Of a stretch of 64,000 bases of DNA, positions 30,332-40,085 are shown one piece after another (position 1 is the first letter of the stretch; each line of letters opens with the position of its first letter). The stretch covers positions 100,711 through 164,710 of the forward strand of contig DHQL01000013.1 of the NCBI GenBank assembly GCA_002408085.1. Reading direction: 5' to 3'. Source of the stretch: Spirochaeta sp. UBA5339. GTDB lineage: Bacteria > Spirochaetota > Spirochaetia > DSM-2461. A program made the position numbers and the translations under genes. The notes under the pieces are model-generated. The model saw only the letters and a program-made list of their open reading frames with translations. It did no database searches and was not told the origin of the DNA.

Positions 30332-30870
30332 TGGTTGAAACTGAACGTCTGGATCTGCTTGCGCCCTCACTGGACCTGGCCCCCCTTGCTCTGGATTACT
30401 ATCTCAGGAACAAAGACTTTCTCAGGCCCTGGTCACCTCTTCCTACAGAGAACTTCTATACTCTGGAGCATCATCAGAAGATGATGAATGCGGGAATGGA
30501 TCATCTCCGGAATCAGGAGGAGATTAAACTCTGGATGCGTTGCCGGGGAGAGGAGGAGCTGATCGGACAGTTCTGTTTCTCCCAGATTGTCCGCGGGCCC
30601 TTTCAGTCCTGCTATCTGGGTTATAGCCTGGATGAAAAGCGGGCGGGTCGAGGGTATATGACCGAAGCCCTTAAAGAGGGAATCTCAATGATCTTTGATG
30701 ACATGGAGCTCCACAGAATCGAGGCCAATATCATGCCCCGGAATACCGCGTCTCTGCGTGTGACGGAGAAGCTTGGTTTCCGGTCCGAAGGAACCGCCCG
30801 GGATTACCTGAAGATTAATGGACGCTGGGAGGACCATATTCATATGGTTCTACTCAATCCCGCTGTATAG
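30331..30870 (+). CDS. RimJ/RimL-family GNAT N-acetyltransferase
   Basis: ETERL, RGPFQSCYLGY, GRGYMTEA, LHRIEANIMPRN..S, YLKINGRWEDH; TAATG overlap with the nitroreductase. Confidence 0.88.
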   Translation: MVETERLDLLAPSLDLAPLALDYYLRNKDFLRPWSPLPTENFYTLEHHQKMMNAGMDHLRNQEEIKLWMRCRGEEELIGQFCFSQIVRGPFQSCYLGYSLDEKRAGRGYMTEALKEGISMIFDDMELHRIEANIMPRNTASLRVTEKLGFRSEGTARDYLKINGRWEDHIHMVLLNPAV

Positions 30871-30900
30871 ATCCTGCCGGGGCCCTGCAGAAGCCCTCGA

Positions 30901-30931
30901 TCCGGCCGCAGTCCGGCCGCAGTCCGGCCGC
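30901..30931. repeat. 11-bp tandem repeat, about 2.8 copies
   Basis: TCCGGCCGCAG TCCGGCCGCAG TCCGGCCGC. Confidence 0.8.
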
Positions 30932-31031
30932 CAAAGCCGCTTCTCCCTTAAATCCTCCTGTTCAGGGGTTGAATTTCCTCAAATTTCCTGTTTTCACACT
31001 TTACAAAGGCCTATGGGCGTCCTATTCTTAT

Positions 31032-31055
31032 ATTGTACTATAACTATAGTACAAT
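31032..31055. promoter_or_regulatory. YtrA-type GntR operator
   Basis: Perfect inverted repeat ATTGTACTATA-AC-TATAGTACAAT just upstream of the ytrA-like gene. Confidence 0.75.
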
Positions 31056-31068
31056 GGAGCAATGAGAC

Positions 31069-31488
31069 ATGGCAGTAAAAGAAGCGGATATAAAAAAGCT
31101 CGACTTTACGCTGGACCCGAAGAGCGGTGTGCCCTACTACAAGCAGATTATTCTGCAGGTGGAGCTGGCCATCGCCGACGGCAGGCTGGAGAAGGGGGAG
31201 CAGCTCCCCACGGTCCGGGGCCTGGCCGTCGACCTGAGGATCAATCCCAACACCGTGGGCAAGGCCTACAATGAAATGGAGATCCGGGGGATCGTCACCA
31301 CCCAGCAGGGGACGGGGACTTTTATCAGCGGCCGGAAGGTGAAACTGGACGATCTGGAACGGGAAAAGGTTCTGGAGCAGATCATCAGGCCCTTTCTGGT
31401 CAAGGCAGGGTCCTACGGTTTTACAACCAGGGAGATCATCAGGGCTCTAGAAAGTATGAGTGAGAATCCGGAGGAGACAAAGGAATGA
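31069..31488 (+). CDS. GntR family regulator, YtrA subfamily
   Basis: PYYKQI, LPTVRGLAVDLRINPNTVGKAY, QGTGTFI; short C-terminal domain. Confidence 0.9.
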   Translation: MAVKEADIKKLDFTLDPKSGVPYYKQIILQVELAIADGRLEKGEQLPTVRGLAVDLRINPNTVGKAYNEMEIRGIVTTQQGTGTFISGRKVKLDDLEREKVLEQIIRPFLVKAGSYGFTTREIIRALESMSENPEETKE

Positions 31489-32588
31489 ACGTATTTCAGC
31501 AGAAACTCGATGGAGTTAAAAACCAGAAGAAGGCGATCCTTAAGAAGGATTACAGCTATAACGCCTTCTCCTTTATGATTCTCGGAGTTTTTCTGGCTCT
31601 GGGAGCAGCGGCCCAGTATTTTCTGGGAGATCTTTTCGACCTTGAGGAGATTGTCTACTACGCCATGGGTATTCTGGGTGCCGGCATTGTACTGACCATA
31701 CTCCCCCTGTGGATTATGAACGTGCTGATGATAATCTGCTCATGGCTTTACCTGCCTGTCGGCATGGATACTGCCTACTACCTGATGGCCATCGCCGCTT
31801 CACTGGGAATTCTCTTTTCCGCCTCCCTGGAGCTGATCTATCAGTGGGACAAGGTTGTAGTACTGAGGATGGGGAAGTTCCGCTCCGTACACGGCCCCGG
31901 TCTCTTCTTTCTGATGCCCCTGGTCGACCGGGTGGCGGCCTATGTGGATACCCGTATCAGGGTCACCGACTTCAGTGCCGAACGTACCATCACTAAGGAT
32001 ACCGTTCCTGTACATGTGGATGCCCTCTGTTTCTGGATGGTCTGGGATGCAAAGCAGGCGGTCCTGGAGGTTGAGAACTTCGAGGAAGCCATAAGCCTCT
32101 CCGCACAGACCGCCCTCAGGGATGCCATCGGAAAGCACGATCTTTCTGTGCTTCTGTCGGGGCGTGAAGAGCTGGGCCACGAGATCCAGCAGGTCCTGGA
32201 CGCCAAGACCAATCCCTGGGGTGTTACGATCATGTCCATCGAGTTTACCGATGTGATTATTCCCCGGGAGCTTGAGGATGCCATGAGCAAGAAGGCCCAG
32301 GCCGAGCGGGAGAAGCAGTCCCGTATTATCCTGGGTGAGGCGGAAGTCGAGGTGGCCAAGCAGTTCCGTGAGGCTTCCACCAGTTATGAGGGAAGTCCCG
32401 AGGCCCTGCAGCTGCGGGCGATGAATATGGTCTACGAGGGAATCCGCCACAAGGGTTCCATGATGATACTGCCGTCCTCCGCACTGGACAGCATGAACCT
32501 GGGGGGAACCCTGGGGATGGCGGCAATGCAGAAAAACGTACTTGATTCAGCCGGCAGTGACGGCAGCGATGAAGGAGATGACAAATGA
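31485..32588 (+). CDS. SPFH/band-7 (stomatin-like) protein with extra N-terminal TM helices
   Basis: VVLRMGKF..GPGL, ITKDTVPVHVDA, AQTALRDAIG, PWGV, AQAERE, ALQLR. Confidence 0.88.
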   Translation: MNVFQQKLDGVKNQKKAILKKDYSYNAFSFMILGVFLALGAAAQYFLGDLFDLEEIVYYAMGILGAGIVLTILPLWIMNVLMIICSWLYLPVGMDTAYYLMAIAASLGILFSASLELIYQWDKVVVLRMGKFRSVHGPGLFFLMPLVDRVAAYVDTRIRVTDFSAERTITKDTVPVHVDALCFWMVWDAKQAVLEVENFEEAISLSAQTALRDAIGKHDLSVLLSGREELGHEIQQVLDAKTNPWGVTIMSIEFTDVIIPRELEDAMSKKAQAEREKQSRIILGEAEVEVAKQFREASTSYEGSPEALQLRAMNMVYEGIRHKGSMMILPSSALDSMNLGGTLGMAAMQKNVLDSAGSDGSDEGDDK

Positions 32589-33262
32589 TAACTATTAAAG
32601 GCGTAAGAAAAACATACAAGGCCGGTGATACAGAAGTGAAGGCCCTCAGGGGAATCGATCTTGAAATCCATAAGGGAGAGTTTATCTCCATCGCCGGACC
32701 CTCTGGTTCCGGGAAGACCACTCTGCTGAACCTAATTGGCTGCATCGATACCGTGGACGAGGGTAAGATCACCATCGACGAAGAGGTCGTTACGGAACTG
32801 GACAAGGAAGCCAAGACAAGCTACCGCCGGAACAAGCTAGGCTTTATCTTCCAGAGCTACAACCTGATTCCCGTCCTCACGGCCTATGAAAATGTGGCCC
32901 TCTCCCTCCAACTTCTGGGCCTGAAGGAGAAGGAGATCAAAGAAAGGACTATGACCATCCTGAAGGAGGTGGGCCTTGAAGGGATGGAGGACCGCCGTCC
33001 CGCCAAGCTTTCGGGAGGACAGCAGCAGCGTGTTGCCGTGGCCCGGGCCCTGGTAAAGAACCCCCTGATCGTGCTGGCCGATGAACCCACGGCAAACCTG
33101 GACTCCCACACCGGTGAGGAGATTCTGAAGCTGATGAAGAAGATGAACGAGAAGCACGGCACCACCTTTATCTTTTCCACCCATGACAAGATGGTTATGG
33201 AGTATGCGAGCCGCCTGGTGTCCATTCACGACGGTGAGTTTACCTCCGACGAGAGGAGATAG
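32585..33262 (+). CDS. ABC transporter ATP-binding protein (LolD/MacB type)
   Basis: [32 protein letters not shown]. Confidence 0.93.
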   Translation: MITIKGVRKTYKAGDTEVKALRGIDLEIHKGEFISIAGPSGSGKTTLLNLIGCIDTVDEGKITIDEEVVTELDKEAKTSYRRNKLGFIFQSYNLIPVLTAYENVALSLQLLGLKEKEIKERTMTILKEVGLEGMEDRRPAKLSGGQQQRVAVARALVKNPLIVLADEPTANLDSHTGEEILKLMKKMNEKHGTTFIFSTHDKMVMEYASRLVSIHDGEFTSDERR

Positions 33263-33264
33263 TC

Positions 33265-34512
33265 ATGAACTTTGTATTCAAGATGGCTGTAAAGAACCTC
33301 TTCCGCTACGGAAGACGGACCATAATTACCGCCTCGGCCATTGCCCTTGGGATTATGTGCTTTATCCTGATGGACTCCCTTCTAAAAGGGCTGGACGAGG
33401 ACTCCCAGCGGAACCTGATCTGGTACGAGACCGGGTCCGCCGGATTCTTTGACCCCGAGTACTGGGGCGATCGTGAGATGCTCCCCCTGGACCGGCCCGT
33501 TGCTGACTCCGGGGAGCTTGTGGCGGAACTGAGAGACCGGAACATTGATGCGGTCTCACGGATTGACTTTGCCGGTGACCTGATTATCTACAAGGACCCC
33601 TTTCCCGAGGACGGGAACCTCCAGGTCAAGGTTACGGGAATCGATGTGGAGCACGACTCCGATGTCTTCCGCCTGAAGGACAATGTGGCCCAGGGCCGCT
33701 ATCTGAAGGCCGGAGAAGAGGGAGTTCTTATGGGACAGTGGCTGGCCCGTGACCTGGGCGCCGAGGTGGGGTACCCCCTGACCATTGTCACCAAGACCAT
33801 GGACGGCTACTTTCAGACACTGGACCTTGAGATTGTCGGAATTCTTGAGAGTGAGAACCCCGTTGTAAACCGCTACGGCATGTATGTCCCTCTGGATACC
33901 GTGCGCTACGCCCTGGATATGGATGACTACGCCACCGGCGTCTATGTCTCCCTTCCCCGGGGTGACCGGGAGGCCGCCGCCCTGCAGAGTCTTGAGCCTC
34001 TTGCAGCGGAACGGGGACTGGACCTGCTGGACTGGCGGGTTCTGGGAGCCGACTATGTGGCTCTTGCAGAGACAAAGCGCTCGGGCAGTTCGTCCATTCT
34101 CTTTCTGGTCTTCCTGATTGCCGCCGTAGGTATCTCCAACACCATCCTGATGTCTATCTTCGAGAGAATCAGGGAGCTGGGGATGATGCGTGCAATGGGT
34201 ATGAGAAACCGCTCCATTCTGGGGATGTTTGTTATAGAGGCCTCGGGAATCGGTTTTCTCGGTTCCCTGGGAGGCGTAATTCTGGGAGCTCTGGTAAATC
34301 TCTATCTGGTTAATACGGGAATTGATTACAGTGAGATGTTCGAATCGGGTGATATGGGATACAGAATCTCGGCCATCGGCTACGGAACATGGGACCCTAA
34401 CACCTTTATTCTGGCCTTTGTCCTGGGTACCGTGATGGCCCTGGTTGTGGCCTTTCTGCCCACCCGCCGTGCCCTGAAGCTGGAGATACCCGTCTGCCTC
34501 AGGTACAACTGA
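33265..34512 (+). CDS. ABC transporter permease (LolC/E, FtsX-like)
   Basis: KNLFRYGRRT, large periplasmic loop, SIFERIRELGMMRAMG. Confidence 0.88.
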   Translation: MNFVFKMAVKNLFRYGRRTIITASAIALGIMCFILMDSLLKGLDEDSQRNLIWYETGSAGFFDPEYWGDREMLPLDRPVADSGELVAELRDRNIDAVSRIDFAGDLIIYKDPFPEDGNLQVKVTGIDVEHDSDVFRLKDNVAQGRYLKAGEEGVLMGQWLARDLGAEVGYPLTIVTKTMDGYFQTLDLEIVGILESENPVVNRYGMYVPLDTVRYALDMDDYATGVYVSLPRGDREAAALQSLEPLAAERGLDLLDWRVLGADYVALAETKRSGSSSILFLVFLIAAVGISNTILMSIFERIRELGMMRAMGMRNRSILGMFVIEASGIGFLGSLGGVILGALVNLYLVNTGIDYSEMFESGDMGYRISAIGYGTWDPNTFILAFVLGTVMALVVAFLPTRRALKLEIPVCLRYN

Positions 34513-34528
34513 CGCGGACAAAGGAGTT

Positions 34529-35761
34529 ATGATGAAACTGGGATCTATTGCCTATAGAAATATATACAGAAACAAGCGGAGAAGCATTCTCTCGGCCACC
34601 GCCATTATGGTGGCGTCCATGAGTATCGTCCTTCTCTTCTCCCTTCTGACGGGGATGCAGGGAGACCTCTCCTACAATCTGCAGACCTATGCCACCGGAG
34701 CCGTCAGGATCAGGGATGCCGAGTTCAGCCGCAACGAGCGCCTCAACCCGATGCATCTGACCATTGAGAATGTGGACCGACTGACCGAAGAGCTTCTGGC
34801 TACACCCGGGGTGTCCGTTGTCAGCCCCCGGATCAGTTTTCCCGCACGAATCTACCGGGGGGATGAGACCTACACCTCCCAGGGAGTGGGGCTGAATTTC
34901 GATACCGAAGCCCTCTATCAGGACCTGGGACCCGAAGTCCTGCAGAAAGGCAGGCTCCCCGAGGCCGGAAAGAACGAGGCCCTTCTGGGTTACAAACTGG
35001 CCGGGAAGGCGGGAGTTGACATCGGTGACCGGATCACTCTTATGTCCACCACAGCCAGCCGCGGTACCAACGCCATTACCTTTGAAGTAGTGGGACTGGC
35101 GGTCTTCCCCATGACGGCCACCAACGAGACCACCTTCTACGCCCCTCTGGATCGGGTTCAGTACTTTCTGAAAATGGACGATCAGGTGAAGGAGGTCCTT
35201 GTAAAAACAGATGTCGGCGTGGATACGAAGATGATGGCCGAAACTCTGAAGACCACTCTCACCGATGTGGATGAACTTGAAATCATCGACTGGACCTCCA
35301 TCAGCACCAGCTACTCCTTTATAGAGCTGGCCGCTGCGGTCTACAACATTGTAGCCCTGTTCTTCTTCTTCCTGGCTTCTACGGTTATTCTGAACACTAC
35401 CATTATGGTGATCTTCGAGAGGATGAAGGAGATCGGGACCCTGAACGCCATGGGAATGAGCGGAAAGGATCTTGTGCGCCTCTTCTTCCTTGAGTCCCTC
35501 TATATTGCCGTCATCGGATCGGTAATCGGCGTTGTCCTTGGAATTATTATTACTCAGATTCTGACCAGAACCGGAATCAATCTGGGCGCCGCAATGGACG
35601 GTGTGGACTTTGATATCTCATCGGTCCTCTATCCCCGGCTCAGTCTGAAGTCAACAGTGCTGGTTTTCTTCTACTCGGTTGTTGTGGCATCAGTTGTATC
35701 GATATTCCCCTCCCGCAGGGCCAGCCGGATCGAACCGGTTGAGGCGCTCCGGGCGGTTTAA
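34529..35761 (+). CDS. ABC transporter permease (LolC/E, FtsX-like)
   Basis: AYRNIYRNKRRS, FERMKEIGTLNAMG, PSRRASRIEPVEALR. Confidence 0.88.
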   Translation: MMKLGSIAYRNIYRNKRRSILSATAIMVASMSIVLLFSLLTGMQGDLSYNLQTYATGAVRIRDAEFSRNERLNPMHLTIENVDRLTEELLATPGVSVVSPRISFPARIYRGDETYTSQGVGLNFDTEALYQDLGPEVLQKGRLPEAGKNEALLGYKLAGKAGVDIGDRITLMSTTASRGTNAITFEVVGLAVFPMTATNETTFYAPLDRVQYFLKMDDQVKEVLVKTDVGVDTKMMAETLKTTLTDVDELEIIDWTSISTSYSFIELAAAVYNIVALFFFFLASTVILNTTIMVIFERMKEIGTLNAMGMSGKDLVRLFFLESLYIAVIGSVIGVVLGIIITQILTRTGINLGAAMDGVDFDISSVLYPRLSLKSTVLVFFYSVVVASVVSIFPSRRASRIEPVEALRAV

Positions 35762-35772
35762 GGAGTTCTTAT

Positions 35773-36513
35773 ATGAATAAAAAAATGATTGCAGTTGCAG
35801 GAGCTTTCCTCCTGTTTATGACGGCTCTTCTGCCTGCACAGACGGCGGATGAGATTATCAGGGAGATGGACAATCTTCAGTCCTTTGATTCCCTCAAGGT
35901 GACAGGGTCCATGATCACCACTGACCGCTTCGGCACCAAGAAGATTGACTATATCAGCTGGTCCGAGGGGGATGACCAGTTTATCATCGAGTTCACCTCC
36001 GCCGCCGAGCTGGGGCAGAAGATCCTCCGTACAAGTGAAGAACTTTTTCTCTACTACCCAGACGCCGAGGAGATTATCCGCCTTCAGGGTGCGGCCCTGA
36101 GGCAGTCCATGATGGGCACCGATATCTCCTACGAGGATATGACCGAGGGCAATGACACCCTGGCCAAGTACAACGCGGAGCTTATGGGCTCAGAAGTGGT
36201 AAATGGACATGACTGCTGGGTCATCGAGCTTGTGGCAAAGACACGGAAGGTTCCCTATCCCATGCAGAAGGTGTGGGTGGCCAAGGATACCTATATCCCC
36301 GAGAAGGGACAGTACTTCTCCAAGTCCGGCAAGCTCCTGAAGGAGATGCAGGTTCTTGAAGTGCAGGAAGTGAAGGGGAGAATCTTGATCTCCCGGATGG
36401 TACTGGAGGACAAGCTGAAGAAGAACTCCAGCACCGAGATGATTATGGACGAGGTTGAGACCAATCCCGTACTGGGACGGGACTTCTTCAGCCTGGATCA
36501 GCTGGCCTGGTAG
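35773..36513 (+). CDS. LolA-like outer-membrane lipoprotein-sorting protein
   Basis: Signal peptide; MMGTDISYED, DCWVIEL, YFSKSGKLLK, ST.M...F motifs. Confidence 0.8.
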   Translation: MNKKMIAVAGAFLLFMTALLPAQTADEIIREMDNLQSFDSLKVTGSMITTDRFGTKKIDYISWSEGDDQFIIEFTSAAELGQKILRTSEELFLYYPDAEEIIRLQGAALRQSMMGTDISYEDMTEGNDTLAKYNAELMGSEVVNGHDCWVIELVAKTRKVPYPMQKVWVAKDTYIPEKGQYFSKSGKLLKEMQVLEVQEVKGRILISRMVLEDKLKKNSSTEMIMDEVETNPVLGRDFFSLDQLAW

Positions 36514-36623
36514 AGGCCGCAGGGCCCCAGGCTGACAGCTCGGAGCTGCACCTTTGAGCGGTCGGCCCTGAGCTGCCAGCCCGAATCCTCCCCGCAGAAC
36601 CTTACGTATCAAGGAGAATGTAA

Positions 36624-37808
36624 ATGAAAAAAATCTTTGCCCTGGCCCTTCTGCTTTTTCCCCTGGCCGCCCTGAGCGCCGAGGTGCAGACCGTTTCCAG
36701 TCTGGAGTTCTACAATACCGTCTACCGGGGAATTGATGAATTTTACTATGTTCCCAGCGGCAAGGCGTCTCTCTCCTTCCGGGCTCCCCGGAGCAGCAAT
36801 GTCTACGGCCATACGGAGCTGGAGTTCTATCCCATGGACCTCTACGGCGGCAACCCTGCCGATGTGCCGGTTCTGGATGTGAAGCGCGCCTATGTGAGGG
36901 CCCGGTTTCCCGGCTTTCGTATGACCCTGGGGAAGACACGCCTTGCCTGGGGGCAGGGCTCAGTTTTCAATGCCGGAGACATCCTCTTCGGCAGCCTCAA
37001 TCCCGTACTGGACCTGACCCAGAGCGAACTGCGCTCGGACACCGCATGGCTGACTTCGGTCAATGTGCCCCTGGGGAACTTCTCCTTTGTAGAAGCCGTG
37101 ATTCTGCCTCCCGCCTTTGTAATGGGGGAAGACAAGGACGGCAATACCACGGTTAGTGCTGAGGGCCTGGACAAGACCTCCATCGGAGGGCGGTTCTACT
37201 TTCTGGCGGGAGGAATCAAGTTCGAAGGGGGCTATCTCTACAAGGGGCAGAACACCGTGGATGAGGGTGTTGTAGGACACCGTCCCTATATCAGTCTTCA
37301 GGGGAATATCGGTCCCGACTGGTATCTCTCCAGCTCACTGGCCATCCCCACGGAAAAGCAGAGGGCCGATAATCCGACTCTGGCAGACTGGAAGGAGAGC
37401 TGGATCATCTCTCTGGGGCTCTTTCATATGCAGGAGATCAATAGGAACAACACCCTCAATATGAGGCTGGAGACCCTCTTTCTTCCCTACCAGAACTGGG
37501 AGAATCAGGGCACCATGGACGCGGTCTACGGATTTTATCTCTATCCGGAGCTCTCCTGGGTAACAGGGAGCGGTACCTACTACTCCCTGCAGTCTGTTAT
37601 CTCTCCCCTGGACGCCTCAGCCATGATCACCGGCGGGGCGGGGTGGAATATCTTTCAGGGCTTCTACCTGATCGCCTACGCCACCTTTATGGTGGGGGAC
37701 GATGCGGCCACATTTGCCTGGGACCGCTCGGATGTATGGGACACCGATATCATGGGTGATACGGTGAACGGCATGTCCTTTATGGCTGGTATCAGATACA
37801 CCTTCTGA
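36624..37808 (+). CDS. Putative outer-membrane beta-barrel protein
   Basis: Signal peptide; KRAYV...TLGK..LAWG.G; alternating aromatic strands; C-terminal GIRYTF. Confidence 0.7.
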   Translation: MKKIFALALLLFPLAALSAEVQTVSSLEFYNTVYRGIDEFYYVPSGKASLSFRAPRSSNVYGHTELEFYPMDLYGGNPADVPVLDVKRAYVRARFPGFRMTLGKTRLAWGQGSVFNAGDILFGSLNPVLDLTQSELRSDTAWLTSVNVPLGNFSFVEAVILPPAFVMGEDKDGNTTVSAEGLDKTSIGGRFYFLAGGIKFEGGYLYKGQNTVDEGVVGHRPYISLQGNIGPDWYLSSSLAIPTEKQRADNPTLADWKESWIISLGLFHMQEINRNNTLNMRLETLFLPYQNWENQGTMDAVYGFYLYPELSWVTGSGTYYSLQSVISPLDASAMITGGAGWNIFQGFYLIAYATFMVGDDAATFAWDRSDVWDTDIMGDTVNGMSFMAGIRYTF

Positions 37809-37877
37809 TGCGGGCGATTTCACTGCAGGATAGCTTATGGAGTTGACTATATGGCCTGAAAGGCTGATAATATATGT

Positions 37878-37979
37878 GTTCGGGTCGAGGCCCGAGCAGC
37901 CCGGCCCCGGTACTACTGGGGCTTTGATTTTTTATAAAGCCTCCATGAGTGGAGTTTTCTTTCAAAGATAAAAATCAAA
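37878..37979 (+). ncRNA. Candidate small RNA (or tandem terminators)
   Basis: TTGACT-N17-GATAAT promoter at 37843-37871 with no downstream + strand ORF; hairpins at 37878-37897, 37903-37923 and 37923-37979. Confidence 0.35.
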
Positions 37980-37997
37980 TGGTTTGGTTTCCGCTTT

Positions 37998-38819
37998 TCA
38001 AAGACTGCGGAAAGTGCCGCTGCCGGTCATACGGATCTCCCTCAGGCGGACGCCGTCCCTGAGCAGAACATCACCGCTGCCGCTGATTCTAATCCATGCC
38101 TCATGGGAATCAAGCCTGTCCCCCAGGATTTTCCCGGACCCCGTTGTTTGAAGATTTGCCCTGCCGCAGCGGCCGCTGACCCTCAGGTCTCCCGAGCCGC
38201 TCAGGGAGGCTGACAATTTCTCCACGGAAATACCGCTTCTTAGGGATCCTGAACCTGTCTGTTTGATAACCAGTTCATCGGTTCTGATATTTGAGCCCAG
38301 ATAATCTCCTGATCCGCTGATATGAATTTCTGTACTGAGTTCCGTTGCGAGTTCCTCTATCCTGATCCTGCCTGAACCGCTTGCTCTGCACTCCATCTTC
38401 ATTGCATTCAAACCCTGAATATTGATCTCACCGGAGCCGGTGTTTCTGATAAGGGCATAGTCAAGATTCCAGTAGTCTGTGGAGGAAAGTATCCCTGAAG
38501 AATTCAGCTTTATGGTTTCCCAGCGGGGCATGGTGATACGGATTGATATCTCATCGGACTTTCTGATCCACCCGCCACGGGAGCGGATAATCAGGGTTCC
38601 TCTATCTGTATAGACATCCAGTTGTGAGGTATGACCCTCACTCATGGTAATATCCACAGTGCATCTGCTCCCTCTGACTAGTTCAGTTTTCGCAGGAACT
38701 TCAATAGAGAGGGAGTGAAAATCTCCCAGACTGTCCTGTGAAGAGTCCGGATGTCCTGTTCCCTGAACCGAAATCAGGGCTGTCAGACTCAGTATCAGAA
38801 TCAAAGCACTCTTTTTCAT
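37998..38819 (-). CDS. DUF2807 / head GIN domain secreted protein
   Basis: Signal peptide; repeated (S/T)GSG beta-helix motifs. Confidence 0.82.
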   Translation of the reverse strand: MKKSALILILSLTALISVQGTGHPDSSQDSLGDFHSLSIEVPAKTELVRGSRCTVDITMSEGHTSQLDVYTDRGTLIIRSRGGWIRKSDEISIRITMPRWETIKLNSSGILSSTDYWNLDYALIRNTGSGEINIQGLNAMKMECRASGSGRIRIEELATELSTEIHISGSGDYLGSNIRTDELVIKQTGSGSLRSGISVEKLSASLSGSGDLRVSGRCGRANLQTTGSGKILGDRLDSHEAWIRISGSGDVLLRDGVRLREIRMTGSGTFRSL

Positions 38820-38930
38820 ATCCACCTCTTTTATCTTTATTACTTGAACCCCTCAGTGGTGGGAATCTGTTACATATTCAGACAATTTCACTATTGCATA
38901 ATCCTGCAAATGGTATACAATATACAATCA

Positions 38931-40004
38931 ATGAAGATATCCGGATTATTGAGGTGGGGTCTCCTGTCTCTTCTTTCACTCACCATTACGTTAGTTCTGC
39001 TGGCCCTGAGACTGCCTGCCGCTCTTCTTCTCGGCCCGATGATTGCCGCAGTTCTGCTGGCTTCCCGGGGTATCCCGTATCAGATTAACAAAAGGGTCTT
39101 TCTAACGGCCCAGGGGATTGTGGGACTGATGATTGCCGGACAGCTGCCTACCGAGGCTCTCGGCGGTGTAGTCGGTAATCTACCTGTGTTTGTTCTGGGG
39201 ACTCTTTTTACAATTGCCGCTTCGGCGCTGCTGGGGAAAGTTCTTTCGGCCCACGCCCTTCTTCCGGGAAGCACTGCTGTCTGGGGAACCTCTCCCGGCG
39301 CGGCATCGGTTATGACTATTATGTCCGAGTCCTTCGGCGGAGATATCCGTCTTGTCGCTTTTATGCAGTACCTCCGGGTTGTCTGCTGTGCTCTCTGGGC
39401 TTCGGTTCTGGGACGGTTTATCGGAGGCGTCGGCAGCAGGGGTGGCAGTATTCTGCCGGATCTGTTTTCTTCCCCCATGACGGTGCAGATCTTTATTCTG
39501 ATTGTACTGATTGTTGCAGTGACACAGTATCTGGGAAAGGCTTTGAAGATACCCGGTGGAGCCCTTATCCTTCCCATAATTGCAGGTCTGGTTCTGAAGG
39601 CCTCAGGGGTCAGCACCATGGAGATCCCTCTCTGGTTTCTTCTTCCCTCCTATATCTTTCTGGGCTGGGCCATCGGATCACGGTTTACAAAAGAGGTATT
39701 TCATCATGCCGCAAAACTCTTTCCCTATATACTGGGTTCCATTCTTCTGCTCATAGGAATCAACTCTCTCTTCGGACTGCTGATTATGAAATGGGCTGGT
39801 GTGGATCTTCTGACGGCCCTGCTGGCAACGAGCCCCGGGGGAGCCGATTCGGTAGCCATAATAGCAGCATCCACTGAGGTGGATGTCGCCTTTGTCATGT
39901 CCATGCAGATCACCCGGTTCTTTCTGGTTCTTATGCTGAGTCCGGTACTGGCCAGAAAGCTCTCCGGGAAAATATCTGAAAAAAAAGGGCAGGAAGCGCA
40001 GTAA
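38931..40004 (+). CDS. AbrB family membrane protein (duplicated AmoA-like domain)
   Basis: LPAALLLGPM, AQGIVG, SPGAASVM, VAFMQYLR, ATSPGGAD, MQITR. Confidence 0.85.
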   Translation: MKISGLLRWGLLSLLSLTITLVLLALRLPAALLLGPMIAAVLLASRGIPYQINKRVFLTAQGIVGLMIAGQLPTEALGGVVGNLPVFVLGTLFTIAASALLGKVLSAHALLPGSTAVWGTSPGAASVMTIMSESFGGDIRLVAFMQYLRVVCCALWASVLGRFIGGVGSRGGSILPDLFSSPMTVQIFILIVLIVAVTQYLGKALKIPGGALILPIIAGLVLKASGVSTMEIPLWFLLPSYIFLGWAIGSRFTKEVFHHAAKLFPYILGSILLLIGINSLFGLLIMKWAGVDLLTALLATSPGGADSVAIIAASTEVDVAFVMSMQITRFFLVLMLSPVLARKLSGKISEKKGQEAQ

Positions 40005-40085
40005 CACTGCAGCCTCCTGCCCCAAAGGGTGGCTTTACTTTCTCGTCCCGATCGGAAAAGCTCCCGATCCGGTCTGTTTTTCAAT

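Noticed and set aside
33556-34521. 321-aa - strand ORF
   Set aside because: Antisense to an ABC permease
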